From Nitriliruptor sp. (lineage in GTDB: Bacteria; Actinomycetota; Nitriliruptoria; Nitriliruptorales; Nitriliruptoraceae): a DNA stretch of 64,000 nucleotides. This document shows, in pieces, positions 45,435 through 52,612 of this stretch; positions within the stretch are counted from its first letter, which is position 1, and each line of letters begins with the position of its first letter. The stretch lies in the NCBI GenBank assembly GCA_040882055.1, contig JBBECA010000065.1, forward strand, positions 19,457-83,456. The letters run 5' to 3'. The notes under the pieces are model-generated. The model was not told the origin of the DNA and ran no database searches. It saw nothing but the letters and a program-made list of their open reading frames with translations. A program made the position numbers and the translations under genes.

Positions 45435-46195
45435 CGGCGGACCCGGGTGGCGCGGCGACGACGCTGGCGCGGGACCCCGAGGACGAACCGACGGCCCGCG
45501 AGCGCACCGCGGCCCTGATCGAGGATCGTCTCGACGTCCCGATGGCGGTCCTCGCCGTCATCTGGGCGGGGTTGGTCGCCTACGAACTGGTCGCCCCGGA
45601 GGAGCTGCGCGGCCCGCTCGCGCTCGCGGGCAACGTCATCTGGGTGGTCTTCGGCCTGGAGTTCGCGGCGAAGCTGTGGGTGTCCGGTCACCCCGGTCGC
45701 TACCTGGTCCGCCACTGGCCCTCGGTGCTGTTCCTGGTCCTGCCCGTCCTGCGGGTCCTGCGGATCACGCGGGCGCTCCGGGCCCTGCGGATCCTGCCGG
45801 CCGCCCGCGTGGCGGGCGCCTCGTACCGCGCCGTCGGCACGGCCCGCGGGCTGCTCGCCGGACGGCTGCAGTTCCTCGGCGCGGCGACGCTCATCACGAT
45901 CTTCGCCGGCGGCCAGCTGCTCTACGTGCTCGAGCGCGGCCGGGAGGGCGGGGTGACCTCGCTCGGCGACGCGCTCTGGATCTCGGCCAACGCCGCCATC
46001 TCTGGCGCGATCATCACCGAGCCGGTCACGCTCGCCGGCCGGCTGCTGGCGTTGGTGCTGAGCGCCTACGCCGTCGTGGTGTTCGCGTCGCTGGCCGCCA
46101 CGCTCGGCGCGTTCTTCCTCGAGGCGCGCCAGGAACGGGCCGTGGCAGAGGAGGACGCCGCAGCGGGCGTCCCCGACGCGAGGGACCCGGACTAG
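45431..46195 (+). CDS. Ion-transport (voltage-gated channel-like, 6TM) protein lacking the GYG filter
   Basis: S4-like RVLRITRALRALR; pore region GDALW...PVTLAGR; GTGA overlap with the upstream gene. Confidence 0.7.
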   Translation: MTADPGGAATTLARDPEDEPTARERTAALIEDRLDVPMAVLAVIWAGLVAYELVAPEELRGPLALAGNVIWVVFGLEFAAKLWVSGHPGRYLVRHWPSVLFLVLPVLRVLRITRALRALRILPAARVAGASYRAVGTARGLLAGRLQFLGAATLITIFAGGQLLYVLERGREGGVTSLGDALWISANAAISGAIITEPVTLAGRLLALVLSAYAVVVFASLAATLGAFFLEARQERAVAEEDAAAGVPDARDPD

Positions 46196-46974
46196 AACAG
46201 CACGTGCGTCGCGAGCAGGCCGGTGCCCGCCACCCGACCCGACACCGTGCGACAGAACTCGGTCGCCTCGAGCGCCAGCTCCGGCCCGCCATCTCCCTGC
46301 CGGTACTCCCCACCGGCCGGCCCCCCGAGCCGGAGCTGCACCGGCTGCCCGTGACGCTCGGCCCACTCGCGGACGATGTCGGCCACGAGCCGCCGGTCGG
46401 CCTCCGCATCGAGTCCCGGGTCGAGGTCGGCGGCTCGGGCGATGTCGATGCGGTGCATGAGCACGTCGCGGGTGACGATCACGTCGTTGAGGTGGCCGAG
46501 GGTGATGCGCGTCGGCAGCCCGCTCGGCATGTTGCCGGCGGCGGGGATCGGGATGGGCAGCGCCCGGAGCGGACGCGGCAGCCCCACCCGGGCCCGCACC
46601 GCCGACGGGGCGACCCGTCGCAACGCCGTGAGCTTCGCGGCAGGATCGAGGTGGGCGTGCTCGCGCACCTGCACATCGTTCATCGCATCGAGGGCGCTGC
46701 CACCGAAGCGTGACGCGCCTCGGCCGCCGTGCACGAACTGCCGCACGAACTCGGGCAACGAGGCGTGTCCCTCGGCGGCGCCGAGGAGGTGACCGACCAC
46801 GTCGTCGACGGTCCACCCGTCGCAGTCGGTCGGTCGTGTCCAGTCCTGCGGCTCGAGCTGCTCGAGCAGCCGGAACAGCTGGGTGTACACCGACGTGGCG
46901 AGCGCGGACGCGTCGGCGCCGCGAGCCACCGGACGGATCTCGGACACGGGCACGGGCGCGGTCACGGGTTCCAA
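46192..46974 (-). CDS. Maleylpyruvate isomerase family mycothiol-dependent enzyme (MDMPI)
   Basis: WTRPTDCDGWTVDDVVGHL, DVLMHRIDI. Confidence 0.85.
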   Translation of the reverse strand: MEPVTAPVPVSEIRPVARGADASALATSVYTQLFRLLEQLEPQDWTRPTDCDGWTVDDVVGHLLGAAEGHASLPEFVRQFVHGGRGASRFGGSALDAMNDVQVREHAHLDPAAKLTALRRVAPSAVRARVGLPRPLRALPIPIPAAGNMPSGLPTRITLGHLNDVIVTRDVLMHRIDIARAADLDPGLDAEADRRLVADIVREWAERHGQPVQLRLGGPAGGEYRQGDGGPELALEATEFCRTVSGRVAGTGLLATHVLF

Positions 46975-46975
46975 C

Positions 46976-47551
46976 TCACGTCACCTCCTGGTAGGCGAGG
47001 AACAGCTCGACGGCGTCGTCGACGAGGCGCAGCCACCGATCGCCGTCCGGGTCGTTGGCGACCTGCTGCGCCGCGAACCCGGCGCTGATGGCGGTCCACA
47101 GGTCGAGCGCTGCGGGGTCGGTGATGCCGAGCTCGGCGAAGCGGGCGACGAACCGGTCGTACGACGCGCGCGAGACCGCGTAGGCCTCGTCGCTCGGCTC
47201 CCACCCGGGGAGCACCCGGGTGAACATCAGCTGGTAGCGGGGCAGGTCCTCGGTGCAGAAGCCGACGTAGGCCCGCAGGACCGTGGCGAGGTCATCCCGG
47301 ACCGATCCGGTCGCGGCGAGGGCCGCGAGACGCGCATCGAACTCGCGGTACCCGGCGGCGAAGAGCGCATCGAAGATCGCCGCCTTGGACCCGAAGTAGG
47401 AGTAGAGCGACGGCGCCTTCATCCCGACCGCGCTCGCGAGGTCCCGCAGGGACAGCTCGGCGATGCCGTGCTGGCGGGCGAGCTCCGTGGCGGCACGCAG
47501 GATGTCCTCACGCGTGGCGGCACGCCGGCGCTCGACGCGCGTCCGTGCCAC
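46976..47551 (-). CDS. TetR/AcrR family regulator (WHG-like C-terminus); start uncertain
   Basis: LSLRDLASAVGMKAPSLYSYFGSK HTH. Confidence 0.9.
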   Translation of the reverse strand: MARTRVERRRAATREDILRAATELARQHGIAELSLRDLASAVGMKAPSLYSYFGSKAAIFDALFAAGYREFDARLAALAATGSVRDDLATVLRAYVGFCTEDLPRYQLMFTRVLPGWEPSDEAYAVSRASYDRFVARFAELGITDPAALDLWTAISAGFAAQQVANDPDGDRWLRLVDDAVELFLAYQEVT

Positions 47552-47653
47552 CGGCACAGCTCGCCCCGGACCGGTGGCCACCTCGTCGGTCGCGACACCC
47601 TCACCCACGCCTCGCACCTCCGCACCGAACACCCAGTGCCGGTCACACCAGCG

Positions 47654-47695
47654 GCATCCGAACGATGTTCGTTCTCCCTAACATCGTTAGGATGC
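47654..47695. promoter_or_regulatory. Probable TetR operator pair
   Basis: GCATCCGAACGATGTT-N10-AACATCGTTAGGATGC inverted repeat (15/16), containing the palindrome CCTAAC-ATC-GTTAGG, upstream of tetR. Confidence 0.65.
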
Positions 47696-47743
47696 ACGGT
47701 CGACGAGGTAACGTCAAGCTCCTACCGCCCGGAGAGGACCGAC

Positions 47744-48217
47744 GTGTCCCTGCACGACCCGCCGCCCGGAGCCGTCGCCGCCGACGCGCTCGGGCTCACC
47801 TACGAGGTGCGCTCGACCGAGGGCGTTCGCAGCGCCGAGGAAGCCGCCGCGGCCACCGGCGTCGCCCCCGAGCAGCTGCTGAAGACCTTGGTGATCCGCC
47901 GCGCCGAGGACGACCTCGTGTTCGTCCTCGTGCCAGGGCCCCGGTCCATCGACTGGCCGAAGCTGCGCTCGCACCTCGGCGTCTCCCGGCTCTCGATGCC
48001 GGACGCCGAGGTCGCACGGGACGCGACCGGGTACGAACGGGGGACGATCACGCCGCTCGGGTCGACGCGTCCCTGGCCGGTGATCGCCGACGCATCGATC
48101 CCGGGTACCGGCACCGTGACGATCGGCAGCGGCCGACGCGGGGCGGCGCTGCTGACCGACGCCGACCAGCTGATCGCCGCGCTCGGGGCCGAGGTGGCCG
48201 ACGTGACCACGGCCTGA
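47744..48217 (+). CDS. YbaK/EbsC aminoacyl-tRNA deacylase family protein
   Basis: LLKTLV, TGYERGTITPLG, TIGSG. Confidence 0.88.
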   Translation: MSLHDPPPGAVAADALGLTYEVRSTEGVRSAEEAAAATGVAPEQLLKTLVIRRAEDDLVFVLVPGPRSIDWPKLRSHLGVSRLSMPDAEVARDATGYERGTITPLGSTRPWPVIADASIPGTGTVTIGSGRRGAALLTDADQLIAALGAEVADVTTA

Positions 48218-48273
48218 ACCGACGACCTCGGCTCGGTAGCGTGCCCGCTCCCCCGACGACGACAGGTTGGCAC

Positions 48274-49230
48274 GTGCGCGCGATCCGCATCACCGAGTTC
48301 GGCGGTCCCGAGGTCCTGACGCTGATCGACGACCAGCCCGAACCGGAGGCCGCCCCCGGGCTCGAGGTCCTCACCGTCGCGCACGCCGGCGTCAACTACG
48401 CCGACACCCACCAGGCCGAGGACTCCTACCTCGCCCCCCAGACCCTCCCGCTCGTCCCCGGCGCCGAGGCGGTGGGCACGCTGCCGGACGGGCGCCGCGT
48501 GGTGTCGCTCCTGGCCAGCGGTGGCTACGCCGAACGCGCCCTCGCACCGCAGCAGACCAGCTTCGACGTCCCCGACGGGGTCGAGGACGGCCAGGCCCTC
48601 GCGTTGGTCCTGCAGGGCACCACCGCGTGGCACCTGCTCCGCACCTCGGGACACCTCGCCGAGGGCGAGTCGGTGGTCGTGCACGCGGCTGCCGGAGGCG
48701 TCGGCACGTTGGCCGTGCAGCTCGCCAAGCGGTGGGGGGCCGGCAAGGTCATCGCCGTGGCCTCGTCGGAGGACAAGCGCCAGCTCGCGCTCGACCTCGG
48801 CGCGGACGTCGCCATCGACGGCGCCGAGGAGGGCCTCAAGGAGCGCATCGAGGACGCGAACGGCGGCAAGGTCGACCTCGTGCTCGAGATGGTGGGTGGC
48901 GCCACCACCGACCAGAGCTTGGCCGCCCTCGCGCCGTTCGGGCGGCTGGTGGTCTTCGGGATGGCGTCACGGCAACCCCCGGCGCTGGTGAACGTCGGCG
49001 AGCTGATGGGTCGGTCGCGCGCGGTCGTCGGCTTCTGGCTGATGCACGCGATGAAGGACCCGCAGCGTCACCTCGCCGCCCCGATGCGTGAACTGCTCGA
49101 TCTGACGGCAGCCGGCGACCTCCGCCCGGTGGTCGGCGGCACCTACGCGCTGTCGGATGCCGCGCAGGCCCACATCGATCTCCGTGAGCGCCGCAGCGTC
49201 GGCAAGCTCGTGCTCGACCCGAGCCGGTGA
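48274..49230 (+). CDS. NADPH:quinone oxidoreductase (MDR family)
   Basis: GVNYAD, LQGTTAWHLL, HAAAGGVG, GKLVL. Confidence 0.9.
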   Translation: MRAIRITEFGGPEVLTLIDDQPEPEAAPGLEVLTVAHAGVNYADTHQAEDSYLAPQTLPLVPGAEAVGTLPDGRRVVSLLASGGYAERALAPQQTSFDVPDGVEDGQALALVLQGTTAWHLLRTSGHLAEGESVVVHAAAGGVGTLAVQLAKRWGAGKVIAVASSEDKRQLALDLGADVAIDGAEEGLKERIEDANGGKVDLVLEMVGGATTDQSLAALAPFGRLVVFGMASRQPPALVNVGELMGRSRAVVGFWLMHAMKDPQRHLAAPMRELLDLTAAGDLRPVVGGTYALSDAAQAHIDLRERRSVGKLVLDPSR

Positions 49231-49254
49231 GCAGGCGGACGCTCGCAGCTTCGA

Positions 49255-49309
49255 CCTGAAGCCTCTCTCACCTCGGCGTCACCACCTTCTCAGGGTGGGG
49301 GACCACCTT
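49255..49309 (+). promoter_or_regulatory. OmpR-type binding array (TGA/TCA every 11 bp) plus CACCTT -10-like box for Ser-rich gene A
   Basis: TGA at 49257, TCA at 49268, 49279 and 49290; CACCTT at 49304. Confidence 0.7.
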
Positions 49310-49373
49310 GCACCCATCGCCTCCCGCGACGGGATGCAGATCGACCTCCCCCCACCCCTCGAGGAGCCCGACC

Positions 49374-49880
49374 ATGAAGCACCTCCGCAGCCGACCGACC
49401 CGGATCATCACCGCGTCCGCCACGGCCGCCGCCGTCGCCGCCGGCGCGTTCGGCCTCACGGCCGCGACCGCCCAGAGCTCGGACCCGATCGAGCTCGAGG
49501 CGACCGCGGACGAGTCCCCCGACGTGGGGCCGTCCATCGAGGCCGTCGACACCGACGGCTCACCGACGTCGCCGGCTAGCGAGCCCTCACCGGTCTCCCA
49601 GACGTCGCCCGCCTCACAGACGTCACCGGTCTCGCAGACGTCGCCGGTCAGCCAGGTCTCCACCGCTTCGGCTCCGTCCGGACCGTCCCCGGTGTCTCCG
49701 GTCAGCCAAGCCTCGCCGGTCAGCCAGAACTCACCGGTCAGCCAGGTCTCGACGGCCTCGGCTCCGTCCGGACCGTCCCCGGTGTCCCCGGTCAGCCAAG
49801 CCTCGCCGGTCAGCCAAGCCTCGCCGGTCAGCCAGAACTCACCCGACAGCCCCGCCTCGTCCGGATCCATCGACAGCTGA
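49374..49880 (+). CDS. Secreted Ser-x-x periodic repeat protein A (168 aa)
   Basis: GAGGAG RBS, signal peptide, 35 consecutive S-x-x triplets ending SIDS; a paralog lies downstream. Confidence 0.85.
   Translation: MKHLRSRPTRIITASATAAAVAAGAFGLTAATAQSSDPIELEATADESPDVGPSIEAVDTDGSPTSPASEPSPVSQTSPASQTSPVSQTSPVSQVSTASAPSGPSPVSPVSQASPVSQNSPVSQVSTASAPSGPSPVSPVSQASPVSQASPVSQNSPDSPASSGSIDS
49644..49843 (+). repeat. Intragenic 90-bp duplication built from 18-bp SPVSQx units
   Basis: CCGGTCAGCCAGGTCTC... at 49644 and 49734; CCGGTCAGCCA repeats. Confidence 0.85.
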
Positions 49881-49935
49881 CCCCACGGCTGGTCGATCCG
49901 TGGGGGTGGGTCCACGCCCCGGCCCCACGGATCGA
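49881..49935 (+). terminator. Hairpin(s) after Ser-rich gene A
   Basis: CCCCACGG 49881-88 pairs with 49898-905; an alternative 13-bp pairing joins 49893-905 with 49923-935. Confidence 0.55.
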
Positions 49936-49949
49936 GGGCCGACGAAGCA

Positions 49950-50004
49950 CCTGAGAGCTCTCTCAGGTGGCTGTCACCCGTCCCTCAGCTCCGTCCTGCA
50001 CCAT
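49950..50004 (+). promoter_or_regulatory. Second copy of the 11-bp-phased TGA/TCA array plus CACCAT box, for gene B
   Basis: TGA at 49952, TCA at 49963, 49974 and 49985; CACCAT at 49999. Confidence 0.7.
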
Positions 50005-50065
50005 GGATCTCGATGCTGCCGGCGGATCCGAACCTGCCCGGCCACACGATCACGAGGACGACGCC

Positions 50066-50479
50066 GTGAAGCACCTCCTGCAGGGCCGCTACGTGACGGT
50101 CGCCGTGGTGTCCGCCGTCGCCGCGACGCTGGCTGCCGGCGCCTTCGGGCTCTCTTCGGCGACCGCGGACGACCCCGCACCGATCCAGCTCGAATCCGAC
50201 GCCATCGGCGATCCGGTCACCCCGGTCCCGTTGGACGGGACGGCGACCGCTGAGCCGAGCGCGGTGAGCCCCGCCGAGGCCACCCCGGTCAGCGCACCGA
50301 CGCCGCAGTCCCCGACCTCGCCGCCCTCGGCCCCTGCGCCCGAGAGCTCGACCCCAGCAGCCCCGGCCCCGGTCGCCCCCCCGGAGACGGTCGAACCCGC
50401 AGCGCCGGTCGCACCGGCGGACCCGGTCGACTCCGCCTCCGGTGGTTCGGCCGCATCGGCCGGCTCCATCGACAGCTGA
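50066..50479 (+). CDS. Secreted Ser/Thr/Pro-rich protein B (137 aa), paralog of gene A
   Basis: MKHL..., AAGAFGLSSATA, PIQLE and C-terminal SAASAGSIDS are shared with gene A; GAGGA RBS. Confidence 0.85.
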   Translation: MKHLLQGRYVTVAVVSAVAATLAAGAFGLSSATADDPAPIQLESDAIGDPVTPVPLDGTATAEPSAVSPAEATPVSAPTPQSPTSPPSAPAPESSTPAAPAPVAPPETVEPAAPVAPADPVDSASGGSAASAGSIDS

Positions 50480-50526
50480 ACCGACACGTCCCCCCGGCCG
50501 CGGACCACCCCATCCGCCGGCCACTC

Positions 50527-50559
50527 ACGGTGCCCCGCCCGCCCCGGGCGGGGCACCGT
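50527..50559. terminator. Bidirectional hairpin between gene B and the kinase
   Basis: ACGGTGCCCCGCCC-GCCCC-GGGCGGGGCACCGT, 14-bp stem. Confidence 0.7.
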
Positions 50560-50568
50560 CGCGTTCGC

Positions 50569-51774
50569 TCAGCTCGCGCGGTCGGCCCACGCGGCTGCAC
50601 GCGCGATCCGCCCGCGCGTGAACCGTTCCCACCCGGCGTCCTGGACCCGGTAGGGACCGGTCGCCAGCCCGAGCCACGCTCCTGCCACCCCTCTGGCGAG
50701 GTCACGCGGGTCGAGCAGCCGCTCGTAGGCGGCCGCGACCTGTGCCGCGTAGTCGCGGACCCGGTCACCGACATCCGGCCACACCTCGCCGATCGCCTCG
50801 AGGTGGGCCACGAACGACCCCGCGTCCTGGGCGAGCAGTCCCTCACCCGCGCCGTCGACGTCGAGCACCCCGACGACCTCGTCGCCCGCCACCAGCAGCT
50901 GCGCATCGTGGAGGTCGCCGTGGACCGGGACGCGGGGACCGCCGACGCTGCGGGCCACATCGGCCGTTCGCTCGAGGTCGTCGCGCAGGTCCGGGCACAG
51001 GTCGGTCAGGACGGCCACGTGCCGGGTCGGGTCCGCGAAGCGGGTCGGGTCGGCTCCGGCGCTCAGCGGCGTCCGGGCGAGCCGCTCGGAGATCTCGACC
51101 AGCGCCTCGGGCGGTGGGACCGGTGCCCCCTCGGCGAGCGCGGTCCGGAGCGTCGCTCCCGGCAGGGCCCGGATCGCCAGGATCCCCTGAGCGGCGGCGA
51201 CACCGACGACCCCGGGGACGGGCACCCCGGCGGCGGCCAGCTCGCGGTGCACGATCCCGAGCCTCGCCGCGCGGTCGCCGACCAGCACCTTGAGGTACAG
51301 CACCCGCCCCTCGGTCTCAGCGCCAGCGATGGAGACCTCGACGACGGCCCGACGTGAGGGCCGGTAGGCCCGGATCCGGAGCCCCACCTCGCCCGGGCCG
51401 ACCCCGAGCCCGTCGAGCAGTTCACGCACCCGGACCGCTGACGTCGCCGACGGGAGGCCTGGCAGGAACGGATCGTCGGGGAAGCGCCACACCCACACCG
51501 GGACGTCGTCCACGGTGACCTCGACCGGCCCGGCCGGCACAGGCTTGCGGTCGACGTGGGCGACGAGCGCGAGATCGTGCGCCGTGCCTGCCTCGTCGAG
51601 CACCCGCGCGGCGTACAACGCCGACAACGACCGACCGACGCGGTGGTGGATCGAATCGAGCCGCCACGCGTCGAGGTGCAGGTCAGCGGCACCCAGCGCC
51701 GCGCCGAGCACGTCGGCGGCCTCGGGACCGGTCAGGACCGGGCCCACCTGCGTCGCGGGATCGGTGGTGGTCAC
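50569..51774 (-). CDS. Aminoglycoside-phosphotransferase (APH)-fold kinase
   Basis: RAYRPSRRAVV, YLKV, PVHGDLHDAQLL, LDVD; N-terminal WRFPDDPFLPGL region. Confidence 0.85.
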   Translation of the reverse strand: MTTTDPATQVGPVLTGPEAADVLGAALGAADLHLDAWRLDSIHHRVGRSLSALYAARVLDEAGTAHDLALVAHVDRKPVPAGPVEVTVDDVPVWVWRFPDDPFLPGLPSATSAVRVRELLDGLGVGPGEVGLRIRAYRPSRRAVVEVSIAGAETEGRVLYLKVLVGDRAARLGIVHRELAAAGVPVPGVVGVAAAQGILAIRALPGATLRTALAEGAPVPPPEALVEISERLARTPLSAGADPTRFADPTRHVAVLTDLCPDLRDDLERTADVARSVGGPRVPVHGDLHDAQLLVAGDEVVGVLDVDGAGEGLLAQDAGSFVAHLEAIGEVWPDVGDRVRDYAAQVAAAYERLLDPRDLARGVAGAWLGLATGPYRVQDAGWERFTRGRIARAAAWADRAS

Positions 51775-51826
51775 GTCTCGCCTCAGCGTCGTCGGAGCCG
51801 GCCACGGGTTCGTGCGCTGGCGCGGG

Positions 51827-51880
51827 AGGGTGCCGCAGCGAACCACCTCCCCGCTGAACCGGAGGTGAGGATGTTCTCAG
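51827..51880 (-). promoter_or_regulatory. Third copy of the phased array plus CACCCT box, for the kinase
   Basis: On the minus strand: TGA at 51879, TCA at 51868 and 51857 (fourth site degenerate), CACCCT at 51832 with the same spacing. Confidence 0.6.
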
Positions 51881-51953
51881 ACCCGACGCCGCCACCCATC
51901 CTCCGTGGCACGCTGTACGGACCCCGGCGATCCGCCACGATCCGAGGACCTCC

Positions 51954-52610
51954 GTGCACGTGCTCATCGTCGAGGACGAGGACCGCATCGCGGCCTTCGT
52001 GGAACACGGCCTCAAGGCCGAGGGCTTCACCGTGCAACGCGCGGCCGACGGCGACACCGGCTACGCGCTCGCCTGCCAGGACGACATCGATCTCGTCGTC
52101 CTCGACCTCATGTTGCCCGGGCTCAGCGGCGAACAGGTGCTCGAGCGCCTCCGCAACAAGCGGCCCGACGTACCGGTGATCGTGCTGACCGCCAAGGACG
52201 CGATCGAGGACCGGGTCCGCAACCTCAACGCCGGCGCGGACGACTACCTCACCAAACCGTTCTCGTTCGCCGAACTCCTGGCCCGGATCCACGCCCGCCT
52301 GCGGTCCCGCGACCAGGCGACCTCCACGGTGTTGACCGTGGGGGACGTCCAGCTCGACGTGCGATCGAGGTCCGCCCGGATCGACGGACGCGACATCTCC
52401 CTGACCGCCCGCGAGTTCGCGCTGCTCGAGACCTTCCTCCGCCACCCCGGCCAGGTCCTCTCACAGGTGCAGCTGATGGACCGGGTGTGGGGCTACGACT
52501 TCGAGCCAGGGTCGAACGTGGTCGAGGTCTACGTCGGGTACCTGCGTCGCAAGCTGCGCCCCGACCTGATCGAGACCGTCCGCGGCGCCGGCTACCGGTT
52601 CAAGGCCTGA
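51954..52610 (+). CDS. OmpR/PhoB family response regulator (MprA-like)
   Basis: LIVEDE, LDLMLPG, LTAK, GADDYLTKPF, SNVVEVYVGYLRRKL, IETVRGAGY. Confidence 0.96.
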   Translation: MHVLIVEDEDRIAAFVEHGLKAEGFTVQRAADGDTGYALACQDDIDLVVLDLMLPGLSGEQVLERLRNKRPDVPVIVLTAKDAIEDRVRNLNAGADDYLTKPFSFAELLARIHARLRSRDQATSTVLTVGDVQLDVRSRSARIDGRDISLTAREFALLETFLRHPGQVLSQVQLMDRVWGYDFEPGSNVVEVYVGYLRRKLRPDLIETVRGAGYRFKA

Positions 52611-52612
52611 CG

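Noticed and set aside
49268-49915. Minus-strand ORF with WLTGE/WLTGD repeats
   Set aside because: It is the antisense shadow of Ser-rich gene A, which has the RBS, signal peptide, promoter array and a paralog.
50569-51774. Calling the APH-fold gene an aminoglycoside resistance gene
   Set aside because: Its long N-terminal extension, HGDxxxxQ variant and co-regulation context differ from true APH resistance enzymes; fold alone is insufficient.
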